Origin: Alphaproteobacteria bacterium
Lineage (GTDB): Bacteria > Pseudomonadota > Alphaproteobacteria > UBA828
DNA: 64,000 nucleotides
Direction of reading: 5' to 3'
NCBI GenBank assembly: GCA_965221125.1
Contig: CBDCRW010000005.1
Coordinates: 96,001-160,000 of the forward strand
Part shown: piece after piece, positions 17,903 to 27,640 of the stretch
Numbering within the stretch: the stretch's first letter is position 1
How the letters are laid out: each line of letters starts with the position of its first letter
Made by a program: the position numbers and the translations under genes
Notes under the pieces: generated by a model
What the model was told of the DNA's origin: nothing
Seen by the model: the letters and a program-made list of their open reading frames with translations, nothing else
Database searches by the model: none

Positions 17903-20425
17903 ATGAAATACATGCTTCTGGTGGCCGGCCTGGCGCTTCTCTTGGCGGGCTGCATTCATGATGGAGACGGGATCTCCACATCCGGAGACACAACCGTCCA
18001 GCCGGAGCCCCCGAAGTCGGAAGAGGAGCGGCGGCGGGCCTATGCCGCGCACCCCGAGTTCCGCAACCAGTACGGTCTGGAACAGATCAAGGCGCACCAT
18101 GCGTACGCCCGCGGCGCGACCGGCAAGGGGGTGACGCTCGGCATCGTTGACAGCGGTGTCGACCCAAGCCACCCGAAGTTCGAGGGTAAGCTCGAGTCGA
18201 GCAACGTCGAGGGCTACGAGCCCGACTTCGACACCTGCGACAACCCAGCCGCCGACGGCGACTGTCACAGCCTGGTCGGGCATGGAACGTTCGTCGCGGG
18301 CATTATGGCAGCGAACAGGCGGGCGAGCCCGGACGCGGGCACCGGTAGCGCGTCGGCCATCCACGGGGTCGCTTTCGACGCTGATGTGATCTCGGTGGGA
18401 TTCCGCGATTTGGGCGAAACCCTCGAGGACATCCTCGGCGATTACCCCACGCCCGAGCAGATCCGCGACCTTCCCGATCTGCTGCGCGACCTCGAGTCCA
18501 GCCTGGAAGAGCAGTTTGCGTCAGCCTTTGAGCGTCTGAACGGGCGGGTAACTGCGGTCAACGCGAGCTTCGGGCTGCCCGGAAACATCGAGGACTTCGG
18601 CGCCGATGCGCTGCGTAAGCGCTTCCCCAACGTGATCGATGCCATCGCGCAGGTCGATACCCCGGCCGGCGCACGCACGATCTATGTTTGGGCAGCTGGC
18701 AACGCCCGGGGCGAGATCGATCTGGACGGCTCCGTCGAGTCCGGCAGTTCGGTCGAGATCGTGGCCGGGCTTCCAGTCAGAATCCTGGAGCTGCGGGGTC
18801 ATTCCCTGGCTGTGGTGGCGACGGACCAGCAGGGCGAAATCGCGGATTTCTCCAATCTTTGCGGCATCGCGAAGGAGTTCTGCCTGGCGGCACCGGGCGT
18901 AAACATCACCGGTCCGGTGCCGAGCCTCTACTGCCCCACCGGTACGGCGGAATGCTACCGCACGTTCGAAGAGGCCGGCACGTCGTCGGCCACGCCGTTC
19001 GTGACGGGCGGGATCGGTCTGCTCGCGCAGCACTACCGCAACCAGCTCGGCAATGACGAGATCGTTGAGCGCATGCTCGCGACCGCCGATCGGACGGGTG
19101 AGTATGCCGACTCGGACGTGTATGGCCGGGGCTTCCTCGACCTCGACGCCGCGACGCGTCCGGTGGGCGAGACGCGGATGCTGACCGGCCGCTTGCTGTC
19201 CAGTCCCTCGGCGCCGAGTGCCGCCAGCGTATTCCACCTAGGCGGCGCATACGGTGATTCGCTCGCGCGGGGGTTCGCGTCGCGGGAGGTCGCAAGCTTC
19301 GACGACCTGGACGCGCCGTTCTTCCGCCCGCTTGGCGACTACCTCGGGCCCAGCCGTTCTTCCATGTTCGGGCTCGAAGAGCGTCTTGGAACACTGGGAC
19401 GCGATCCACGCGGCCCAAGGTGGCGCATGAATGACGCCGAGTTCCGACTGCGCCTCAATGCTGTGGCGACGTCTCATGACTTCGGTGGCGTGCAAGGTTC
19501 GGACTTCCGCAATGAGGCGGACGCGTCCGCCTCGCTCGGCTCGTTGTCGCTCGCTCAGGAGCTCGGAGGCGGTCGGCTGCTGTTCGGATACCGCGCCCAC
19601 CCGGGCTGGCAGTTCGGGCTCCATGCCGGCAACGGCAAGGCGAGTGAAGGATCCGGATCGATCGATCTTGGCGTGTTTGCCGATGAGGGCGCATTCGTCA
19701 ATCCGTTCCTTGGGTTTGCCCGCGACGGCGCCAGCATCGGCTATGGGGCGTCCCTCGGCGCGGCTTGGTTCCGTATCGGGGCTTTCCATGGCAAGGCACA
19801 GCATGGGGAACTGCGCGACCCGGATGCGGGCCAGGCCACGGGTGCGTTGACCGAGTACCGCTTCGGCCGGTCCGGCCTCGCCGTGCAAGCGGGGTGGCTC
19901 TCGGAAGCCGAGGCGGCGGTGGGCGGGCGGCCGAGCGGGGCGTTCGGCGAGATCGCTGCGGACTCCGTCATCGCGGGGCTCTCGGCGCGTCGCTCACTCG
20001 GCGCCGGCTGGACTCTGCTCACCAGCGCCCATGCGGGCATGAGCCGCGCCGGGATGCAAGGACATGGCATGGTACGCGACCCATCGGCGCTATGGACCGC
20101 TTCGTTCGCTCTGGGTCTCGTCGGCGAAAGTATGGATCGTGCCGGAGGACGGTGGGGATTCCGATTGTCTCAGCCGCTACGCATCGAGGCGGGTCATGCG
20201 CAGTTGCGGTGGGTGTCAGGCCGCACCCCCGACGGACGGGTCATGGTCGAGCAGGCCACCCTGGACCTGGAGCCCTCGGGCCGTCAGTTGGATCTGGAGC
20301 TGATCTACTCCCGTCCGTGGGCAGGCGGACGGGCGCATCTGGCCGGTATCGTCACGCGCGACGCAGGACACGTCCAGGACGAGCACGAAGCCGCACTGCT
20401 GATGCGCTACAGCCGCTCGTTCTGA
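17903..20425 (+). CDS. S8 subtilisin-family serine peptidase; lipoprotein with C-terminal beta-barrel-like region
   Basis: Lipobox LLLAGC. Triad motifs 'GIVDSG', 'GHGTFVAG' and 'GTSSATP', oxyanion motif 'AAGN'. Ends in 'YSRSF'. Confidence 0.92.
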   Translation: MKYMLLVAGLALLLAGCIHDGDGISTSGDTTVQPEPPKSEEERRRAYAAHPEFRNQYGLEQIKAHHAYARGATGKGVTLGIVDSGVDPSHPKFEGKLESSNVEGYEPDFDTCDNPAADGDCHSLVGHGTFVAGIMAANRRASPDAGTGSASAIHGVAFDADVISVGFRDLGETLEDILGDYPTPEQIRDLPDLLRDLESSLEEQFASAFERLNGRVTAVNASFGLPGNIEDFGADALRKRFPNVIDAIAQVDTPAGARTIYVWAAGNARGEIDLDGSVESGSSVEIVAGLPVRILELRGHSLAVVATDQQGEIADFSNLCGIAKEFCLAAPGVNITGPVPSLYCPTGTAECYRTFEEAGTSSATPFVTGGIGLLAQHYRNQLGNDEIVERMLATADRTGEYADSDVYGRGFLDLDAATRPVGETRMLTGRLLSSPSAPSAASVFHLGGAYGDSLARGFASREVASFDDLDAPFFRPLGDYLGPSRSSMFGLEERLGTLGRDPRGPRWRMNDAEFRLRLNAVATSHDFGGVQGSDFRNEADASASLGSLSLAQELGGGRLLFGYRAHPGWQFGLHAGNGKASEGSGSIDLGVFADEGAFVNPFLGFARDGASIGYGASLGAAWFRIGAFHGKAQHGELRDPDAGQATGALTEYRFGRSGLAVQAGWLSEAEAAVGGRPSGAFGEIAADSVIAGLSARRSLGAGWTLLTSAHAGMSRAGMQGHGMVRDPSALWTASFALGLVGESMDRAGGRWGFRLSQPLRIEAGHAQLRWVSGRTPDGRVMVEQATLDLEPSGRQLDLELIYSRPWAGGRAHLAGIVTRDAGHVQDEHEAALLMRYSRSF

Positions 20426-21112
20426 ATCGGCGAGGTATTCAGCCATCGCGAGGTCCCTGGCCGAAGCGAAGCTCCGGGCAGATAGCGTTTCCGATAAAGG
20501 GATGGTTGCAGGGCAGACGAGCGCTCCTGTGGCGATGTGCACCGTCGCATTTGCAGCCCGAGGCTTCTGAAGGGTTGCAGCGGCATGGGCATGCTACGCG
20601 GCGAGGACAGCCCGGACCGGCAAGACCTTCGCCGATTGCGCTGGCGCCCCGCCTGCTGAGCGAACGCCAACGCCAGCCACTCTGGCGACGGTCACTGTGC
20701 CTCCTGAAGGGTGTCGCCCCGCCGCTCTCCGATCAAGCCCGAAATAGCACGCACCGAACGGCACGGCCGGGACGGCCTCCGGGGGCGGCTTGAACTGCCG
20801 TTCGGGGTGCTGGCATCGCGAAGGCGGAGGGTCTCGCGAACGGCAACGATCCCGCCTACCCGGCCACCGCTGGCGCGGCGGCTGTAGGTGCGTTGCGACG
20901 CCTGCGCGCAGGGCTAAGCGGAAACATGATCGACTCGTATTGCATTTGCAATCACGCGGGAAATTCGGGCTCAACGCGAACTGAACCCGGCGAATCGTAG
21001 TTCTTCTTTGTCGTTCAATGGGTTTCCGCGCTTTGACTATTACGCGCTTGTCGCGCAGCAGGATGGCGTCGGTGACCGAGCACGTCGCTCAGATTGCAGG
21101 GGCTGTCCGTAC

Positions 21113-22267
21113 TCATCCCGTGACCTCGGCGATCCTGCTCGCGATGCGATTGGCGGCCGCTTTTACGGGGTCGTTGGCCAAGTGCGCGTAGCGCGAGGTC
21201 GTCGTCACCCTGTTGTGGCCAAGGAGCTTGCCGATCATCGGAAGCCCTTCACCGACCAGCAGACCGCCGCTGGCAAAGCTGTGCCTGAGGTCATGGATTC
21301 GCAGATTTTCGATCCCGGCCCGGTCGAGAATGCGGCGCCACGAGTCGTGCAGGTAGGCGATGTGCTTGCCACCCCTGATGCCCGGCAACACCCACGGACT
21401 GCCGTTTGCGCGCGGGATGCCCCGCAGTACCGCGATCGCCGGATCGCCCAGGTGCACCACCTTCGAACCGGTCTTGCTCTCCGCCAACCTGAGCTCGCCT
21501 GCATCGAGATCGACATGCTCCCACCGCAGGCTCATGATCTCCCCGCTCCGGCACCCGGTCAGCATCAGCAAGCGTATCGCGGCGATCGCCACCGGGGAGA
21601 CGAAGCCCTCATCCTCCGCGTCACGCAGCGCCGCGCCGAGACGGCGGTACTCGTCGTCCGAGAGAAACCGCTCCCGCTTGTGCTCCGGATACTTCTTGAC
21701 GTGCCGGCACGGATTGACGCCCTCGGGCCGCATCTCCCAGACCTCGGCGAGCGTCAGCATGCGCGAGAGCACGCTCAGCGTCCGGTTGGCATGGCCGGGG
21801 ACGTCGCGCATCTCGTGGTGAAGAGCGGCGACGTCGTTCTTGCCGAGATTGCCGACCCGGCGCTTGCCGAGCCGGGGAAGGATGCGGTTGTCGATGATCT
21901 TGCGGTAGAGCCGCGCGGTGCCGGGCTTCAGATGACCAGGGGCGTACTCGTCCATGAAGCGCTTGGCGAGGTCTGCCACGGTGGCGCCTCTCTTCCCACG
22001 GGGAATCTTCCCTTCGAGATCGCGGCCGGTCTTCGCAAGAGTGACAATCTCTGCTGCCTTTGCCCGCGCGGCGGCGGGCGTGATGGGGCCGTGGGGTCCG
22101 ATGGTGACTTTGACGGATCGTCCCTCGTGTCGGTACTTGACGATGTAGACCTTGCGCCCCGTCGGATGGACGCGGACCCCGAAGCCTGTGATGGCGTCGT
22201 CCCAGAGAATTCTCTCCCGCTCTTCGGGGACGAGGGCATCGACGGTTCTCTTGGTGATTTTCGGCAA
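21113..22267 (-). CDS. Tyrosine recombinase/integrase with arm-binding domain
   Basis: '(M)PKITKRTVDAL...WDDAITGFGVRV', 'LTGCRSGE', 'KTG', 'HDLRHSFAS' and 'LLGH...TSRYAH'. A TTG start at 22267 is assumed; an alternative ATG at 22288 lies inside the IS66 end. Confidence 0.95.
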   Translation of the reverse strand: MPKITKRTVDALVPEERERILWDDAITGFGVRVHPTGRKVYIVKYRHEGRSVKVTIGPHGPITPAAARAKAAEIVTLAKTGRDLEGKIPRGKRGATVADLAKRFMDEYAPGHLKPGTARLYRKIIDNRILPRLGKRRVGNLGKNDVAALHHEMRDVPGHANRTLSVLSRMLTLAEVWEMRPEGVNPCRHVKKYPEHKRERFLSDDEYRRLGAALRDAEDEGFVSPVAIAAIRLLMLTGCRSGEIMSLRWEHVDLDAGELRLAESKTGSKVVHLGDPAIAVLRGIPRANGSPWVLPGIRGGKHIAYLHDSWRRILDRAGIENLRIHDLRHSFASGGLLVGEGLPMIGKLLGHNRVTTTSRYAHLANDPVKAAANRIASRIAEVTG

Positions 22268-22389
22268 GGTTCGTAATCCTTCGGTCATAGAGTGATGGCA
22301 TGTTGGGCGTTGACATCAACGACCGCGCCTGGAGACGCGCTCGGTAGGAATTGCTGGTAACGAATTTCGCCATGCGCTAGCGTGAGTGC

Positions 22390-23014
22390 ATGGCGATTCG
22401 CGACGCGTCTGCCGCGGCACACCTCTCGCTGGTCGAGGGGTCTGACGGTCCATGGTCTTTTCCTCCTGATAATCCGTCCTCCGAAGAGCCGGACTGGCGA
22501 TCCCTGTCCGAGCGGGCGCACGCCCGTGCGGAGAGCGAGGGGGCGCGGGCAGACGCGGCTGAAGCGCGCATCCAGGAACTGCTCGGCGATATCCGTCGGC
22601 TCCGCGCTTCTTTGCGCAAAACGGGAGCAGCCGGAAGTACGGGGGAGCCGCTGCCGAGGGGTGCCCGTGGAGCGCACAAAGCGCCGCGAAGATTGCGACG
22701 GAACGACACCATCGGCTCGCTGCATGTGGAGAACGCCGAACTGCGCGAGGAGGCCACAACGCTGCGCAAGGCGGCGGGTGCGGCACAGACGTCGCTCTCC
22801 AGGAAAGACGCCCGGCTGCTCAAGGCCCGGGAACGTTCGCAGGCCCAAAGGAGCACGATCGAGGAGCTGCGCCGGCAGGTCCGTTCCCTGGAAAGGCAGG
22901 TCGCCCGGCAGAGCCGCGACCTGGAGGAGGCGGAAAGCCGCAGGCAGACTATCCGTGATCTCTCCCGCGAGAACGCGGAACTCCGTGGAGCACTCAGGGA
23001 TTGGCGCGACCAGG
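22390..23014 (+). pseudogene. 5' coiled-coil part of the IS66 transposase, split by insertion
   Basis: Heptad-rich ORF. It joins in frame with 27641-29301 when 23015-27640 is removed (...RDWRDQ|EATIEWF...). Confidence 0.85.
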
Positions 23015-23383
23015 TGTTGTTTTCCGGTCTAGCCGGATAGAAGCACGGGTTTTTTTCTCACTTTGATTGGTTGGTGGATTTCCCGGGATGGTGGCCGAGT
23101 GCGGGAAGGACGCTGCCTGCGGCATTTTTTTGATCCTCAGCAGAATCCTCATTGCTGTTGAAGCTGTGGAGCGGTGGGCGCGAGATCGGCGAGTGTGGTC
23201 AGGCGGTGGGCAAGCGCCAGCTTGTCCACGGGCTGTCCACACGGTCCGCAGGACGCCGATCGGTCCGCAGGACGCGTCCACGGCTCCACAGCTTGGCGGC
23301 GGCGGGGAGCGTCCGTAATCTTGGCCTCTCACTGAACGACAAAGAGAGGCCCGGGGGACGGAACTCCCGCCGGGCCAGGGCCG

Positions 23384-24019
23384 GTGCAGCTTCGCTACGA
23401 AACGGGGCTCACCAGCGAGGAATACGTTAAGACCGAGGCGTGGCGCGACGCAAGGCTTGAGCGCTGCCCGAATCACCCGCACGGCGGATGTTCTGTGGCA
23501 AGCCACGGCACCTACGAGCGGAAGACCCCGCCCGGCGCAAGGGTTCCTCGCTGGTATTGCCGTGAGAGCCATACGACCATCGGCCTGCTGGCCGACTGTC
23601 TGGCGGCGCGGCTGCCGGGCACGCTCGATGCGCTGGAAGCGGTTGTTGTCGTGGCGGAGGAGGCCGGCAGCCTGGAGGAGGCAGCGGACGAGGTGCGCTG
23701 CCCCGAGGACGAGGACGCCATCGAGCTTCCCGGCGCCGTGCGTTGGATCCGCCGCAGGCTGAAGCTTGTGCACGACGCGCTTGTGCGCGTCATCGGCCTG
23801 ATCCCCGACCTGCTCGCGGGCTGCGCGCCCACCATGAGCGCGGTGCGCGAGCGTCTGAAGAGCGACAGCGCGTTGATGGAACTGCGCGGCCTGGTCGCCG
23901 GGCAGCTCCGGACGCTACCCGCGCCTCTGGGCTTCCAACCCCACGGCATCGACGTGGGGAATCGCAAACCGCAGTTCCAACAACGGGCGGGGCCGGACCC
24001 GCCGCCGGAGAGTTCGTAG
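23384..24019 (+). CDS. Zn-ribbon/HTH transposon accessory protein (DUF6431-like)
   Basis: 'CPNHPHGGC...HGTYERK...RWYCRESHTTIGLLADCL' and a downstream helical segment 'AVRWIRRRL'. Confidence 0.65.
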   Translation: MQLRYETGLTSEEYVKTEAWRDARLERCPNHPHGGCSVASHGTYERKTPPGARVPRWYCRESHTTIGLLADCLAARLPGTLDALEAVVVVAEEAGSLEEAADEVRCPEDEDAIELPGAVRWIRRRLKLVHDALVRVIGLIPDLLAGCAPTMSAVRERLKSDSALMELRGLVAGQLRTLPAPLGFQPHGIDVGNRKPQFQQRAGPDPPPESS

Positions 24020-24064
24020 CGTGACGATCCCGGGGCCAGGGAGTCCCTGAACGAGGATCGCACC

Positions 24065-25393
24065 ATGAACAGCTCAGACGACGACCTTCGCCAACAGATC
24101 GCGCTCTTCCGATACGACGTCATCGCCGATCTGGTGCATCTGCCCGTGGGTGCACCGGGTGCCGGCGCGATGATGCGCGCCAAAGCCGAGAAGACCTACA
24201 CGATCCCCGGAACCACCAGGACCCGGGTCGCCGCCGAGACCATGCGGCGCTGGATCAAGGACTACCGCTACGGCGGCTTCGACGCGCTCTACCCCAAGCC
24301 CCGCACCGACCGGGGGAAGCCCCGGCGGCTGCCGCCCGAGGTCGCCGAGCGCCTCATCGCGCTGAAGACCGAGAACGACGCATTGTCGGTTCGCGCCATC
24401 ATCCAGAAGGTCAAGGAGGAGGGTATCGACCACCCGCTCGCCTCGTCCACCGTGCACCGCCTCTTCAGCCGCGAGGGCCTGTTCGACAAGAAGCCGCCCG
24501 ACGGGGCGGATCGCCGCCGCTTCGCCTTCCGGCATGCCGGCGAGATGTGGATGAGCGACGTCATGCACGGACCCAAGGTCCGGCACGGCCGAACCCGGCG
24601 CAAGACCTACCTGATCGCCTTCATCGACGACGCCACCCGCGTCATCCCGTTCGCCGCCTTCGCCATGGCGGAGAACACTGCGGCGTTCCTGCCGGTGTTC
24701 AAGGACGCGCTGATCCGGCGCGGCCTCCCGGCCCGCTTGTACGTCGACAACGGAAGCGCCTACCGCTCCCGTCATCTCTCCCTGGTCTGCGCCAGGCTCG
24801 GCGTTGCGTTGATTCACGCAAGGGCGTTCCAGCCAGCGGGAAAGGGTAAGATCGAGCGCTTCTTCCGCACCCTCCGGGCCGGCTGGCTCCGCCACCTCGG
24901 CGATGACGTCGACAGCCTGGAGGCGCTCAACCGCAGCCTCTGGGCCTGGATCGAGGGGGAGTATCACAACAGCCCGCATCGTGGCCTCGACGAGGGGCGC
25001 ACCCCGCTTGAGCAGTGGGCGCTGGCCTCGGCCGGCGTGCGCTATCCCGACGCCACCATGGACCTCGACGATCTGTTCCTCTTCGAGGCCAGGCGCCGTG
25101 TCTACAAGGACCGCACCGTTAGTCTGAACGGCCGCGTCTACGAGGTCGACGCCCTCCTGGTGGGTCAGAACGTCATCCTGCGCTACGACCCGGCCGCGCC
25201 GCCCTCGCGCCCTCTCGACGTGGTCCATGACGGCAAGCCGGCCGGCAAGGCCAGCCCTCTCGACGCCTACGCCAATACCGCCGTCAGGCGCACCTACCCG
25301 GCCAGGGAGATCGAGGCCGAAGATCCGGCGCCCGAGCCTCCGCCCTCGCCGCTGGCCATGCGCAACCTCAAGGACAAGAAGGAGGACGAGTGA
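24065..25393 (+). CDS. DDE transposase/integrase (rve core, HTH N-terminus, Mu-transposase-like C-terminus)
   Basis: 'WMSDVMHGP...IAFIDDATR...LYVDNGSAY...GKGKIERFFRTLR...YHNSPHRGL'. Confidence 0.95.
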   Translation: MNSSDDDLRQQIALFRYDVIADLVHLPVGAPGAGAMMRAKAEKTYTIPGTTRTRVAAETMRRWIKDYRYGGFDALYPKPRTDRGKPRRLPPEVAERLIALKTENDALSVRAIIQKVKEEGIDHPLASSTVHRLFSREGLFDKKPPDGADRRRFAFRHAGEMWMSDVMHGPKVRHGRTRRKTYLIAFIDDATRVIPFAAFAMAENTAAFLPVFKDALIRRGLPARLYVDNGSAYRSRHLSLVCARLGVALIHARAFQPAGKGKIERFFRTLRAGWLRHLGDDVDSLEALNRSLWAWIEGEYHNSPHRGLDEGRTPLEQWALASAGVRYPDATMDLDDLFLFEARRRVYKDRTVSLNGRVYEVDALLVGQNVILRYDPAAPPSRPLDVVHDGKPAGKASPLDAYANTAVRRTYPAREIEAEDPAPEPPPSPLAMRNLKDKKEDE

Positions 25394-26193
25394 TGTACCT
25401 GCGCCACTTCGCCTTCACCCGCCTGCCCTTCGAGACCCCGGCAGAGACCGACGAGCTGTTCGAGTCCAACGCGCGCCGCGAGGCCGAGGCCAGGCTCGGC
25501 CACCTCATCGACCTGCGCGGCATCGGCCTGCTCACCGGCGAGGTGGGCTCCGGCAAGACCACCGTGTGCCGGCATCTGACCGCGCAGCTTCATCCAGGCC
25601 TCTACCGGGTCCACTACGTCTCGCTGACCACGGGCAACGTGCTCGACATGTACAAGGCGATCGCGTGGGAGATCGGCCTGCCCATCGAGCGCTCCCGCGC
25701 CTCGGCCTATCAGGCCATCCGAAACGAGATCTCCCGCCTCGTCACCGAGGCCAAGCAGCTGCCGGTCCTCGTCATCGACGAGGCCCATCATCTGCGCAAC
25801 GACGTCCTTGAGGACCTGCGCCTGCTCACCAACTTCGCCATGGATGCAGAGCAGCGCCTGTGCCTCGTCCTCGTCGGTCTGACCGAGCTCAGGCGCCGCC
25901 TGGCCATGGCCATGCACGAATCCCTCAGCCAGCGCCTCGTCGTCCGCCACCACCTGAGCGGTCTCGACCGCGACGAGGTCGACGCTTACATCAAGCACCG
26001 CCTCAGGCTCGCGGGATGCGAACTGCCGCTGTTCGAAGAGCCCGCCGTCGAGGCCCTGTTCCAGGGCGCGCGCGGCCTGCCGCGCCAGATCAACCGCATC
26101 GCCCACTACGCGCTCTCCGCCGCCGCTCTCGACGAGGCGAGGACCGTCAGTGCCGACCACCTGCAGCACGCGCTCGAGGAACTGCGGCCATGA
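25393..26193 (+). CDS. ExeA/TnsC/MuB-like AAA+ ATPase
   Basis: 'LLTGEVGSGKTT', 'VLVIDEAHHL', 'VLVGLTEL', 'SLSQRL' and 'GLPRQINRI'. Coupled to the transposase stop. Confidence 0.93.
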   Translation: MYLRHFAFTRLPFETPAETDELFESNARREAEARLGHLIDLRGIGLLTGEVGSGKTTVCRHLTAQLHPGLYRVHYVSLTTGNVLDMYKAIAWEIGLPIERSRASAYQAIRNEISRLVTEAKQLPVLVIDEAHHLRNDVLEDLRLLTNFAMDAEQRLCLVLVGLTELRRRLAMAMHESLSQRLVVRHHLSGLDRDEVDAYIKHRLRLAGCELPLFEEPAVEALFQGARGLPRQINRIAHYALSAAALDEARTVSADHLQHALEELRP

Positions 26194-27230
26194 CCGGCTT
26201 CCCGACCCGCGCCCCGATCGAGCTGGAGGAGCGGCCGCGCGAGCAGCAATGGCTGGTGGACACGCTATGGGGCGAGCAGGCCGTCGGCATCGTCGGCGGC
26301 GAGCCGAAGTGCGGCAAGTCCATCCTGGCGCTGGACCTCGCGGTCGCAGTCGCCGCCGGCGTCCCATGCCTGCGGCACTTCGCCCCGGCCCGGCCTGGCC
26401 CGGTCCTGCTGTTCGCCGCAGAAGACGCCGGCCACCTCGTGCGCAAGCGCCTGCAGGGGATCGCCCGCGCCGCAGGCGCCCGCTTCGAGACCCTCGACAT
26501 CGCCGTCATCGACGTGCCCACACTGCGCCTCGACCATCTCGACGACCGCCGCCGCCTGCAGCAGACCGTGGAGCGCATCGCACCGCGCCTCGTGGTCCTC
26601 GACCCCCTGGTCCGCCTGCACGGCGTGGACGAGAACACGGTTGCGGACGTCGCCCCGATCCTCGGCTTCCTGCGCGACCTGCAACGCCGCTTCGAGACCG
26701 CCGTCCTCCTCGTCCACCACGCCCGCAAGAGCGGGGCCACGAGGCCGGGGCAGGCCCTGCGGGGCAGCAGTGAGCTGCACGCCTGGGGGGACTCGAACCT
26801 CTACCTGCGCCGCCGGGACCGGCAGACCCTCATGACCGTCGAGCATCGCGCCGCACGCGGTCTCGACGACATCGAGATCGAGCTCAAGGAAGACGGAGAG
26901 GAGCCCTCCTTCCGGCTGCGCCAGCCGCCCACGGCCGGCGGCGGGGCGCCTCAGCCCGAAACACCCGAATGCCGCGTTCTCAAGGCGCTCGCCGACGCCG
27001 GGGCGCCGCTCTCGCAACGCCAGATCCGGGAACGCGCCGCGACCCGGCACAAGACCGTCGGCGTAATCTTGCAAAAGCTCGTCCAGGAGGGTCGCGTCGC
27101 GCGCAACGCCGAGGGCGGCTACAGCGTCGTCGCAGGCGCAGCGGACAAGCGGGCGGCGGCCGCCGCCGCCAACGGCAGCAGTCGGCCGCAGGCCCCGCGG
27201 TTCCCGGAGCCCGGTTCCGCCAACGCCTAG
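26190..27230 (+). CDS. RepA-like (AAA_25, RecA/SF4-type) helicase with C-terminal winged helix
   Basis: 'WLVDTLW...GGEPKCGKS...AAED...VVLDPL...DEN...LLVHHARK...LRGSSELHAWGD', then wHTH 'LSQRQIRERA...LQKLVQEGRV'. ATGA overlap with the ATPase gene. Confidence 0.9.
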   Translation: MTGFPTRAPIELEERPREQQWLVDTLWGEQAVGIVGGEPKCGKSILALDLAVAVAAGVPCLRHFAPARPGPVLLFAAEDAGHLVRKRLQGIARAAGARFETLDIAVIDVPTLRLDHLDDRRRLQQTVERIAPRLVVLDPLVRLHGVDENTVADVAPILGFLRDLQRRFETAVLLVHHARKSGATRPGQALRGSSELHAWGDSNLYLRRRDRQTLMTVEHRAARGLDDIEIELKEDGEEPSFRLRQPPTAGGGAPQPETPECRVLKALADAGAPLSQRQIRERAATRHKTVGVILQKLVQEGRVARNAEGGYSVVAGAADKRAAAAAANGSSRPQAPRFPEPGSANA

Positions 27231-27640
27231 GGGTTCGAGCCGGAACCGCCGTCGGGAACCACCCTTCCCCAACGGTCCGGAAGGCGCTGCGCCTCCACCG
27301 GGATACTACGTCAGGTGAGCGGCCAGTCCGTGGCCGGAAGCTTGCTTCAGGCCATGGCAGCACTTCGTCGTGTGGACGGTGGCGAGTCACCCGAAGGGCC
27401 GAAGCGAAGCGCAGGAGCGGCGCAGCCGCTTGACGCGCCGACGGCCGCGCGACACCTCGTCAGCTCTCCTCAAGCACCAGTCCAAACCTCAATCAGACAG
27501 CGACCCCGGACCGCCCGCAGAGACCATGAGCTCCTACGCTTCGATCCGGAAAAGACCGAGCAATCTGGGAAATCAGGGCAGCGATCACGTCAAATAATCT
27601 GGGAGATTCGGCGTCAAATAACGTGCGAAACAACACCAGG

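Larger units (their letters stand above)
23015..27635 (+). mobile_element. 4.6-kb Mu/Tn7-like DDE transposon with four genes
   Basis: Ends TGTTGTTT...AAACAACA with 5-bp TSD CCAGG (23010-23014, 27636-27640). Subterminal repeats CGTCAAATAA x2 and AATCTGGGA x2 at the right end. Confidence 0.92.

Noticed and set aside
25393-26193. Type II secretion ExeA
   Set aside because: No T2SS genes and no peptidoglycan-binding extension. It is coupled to a DDE transposase inside transposon ends.
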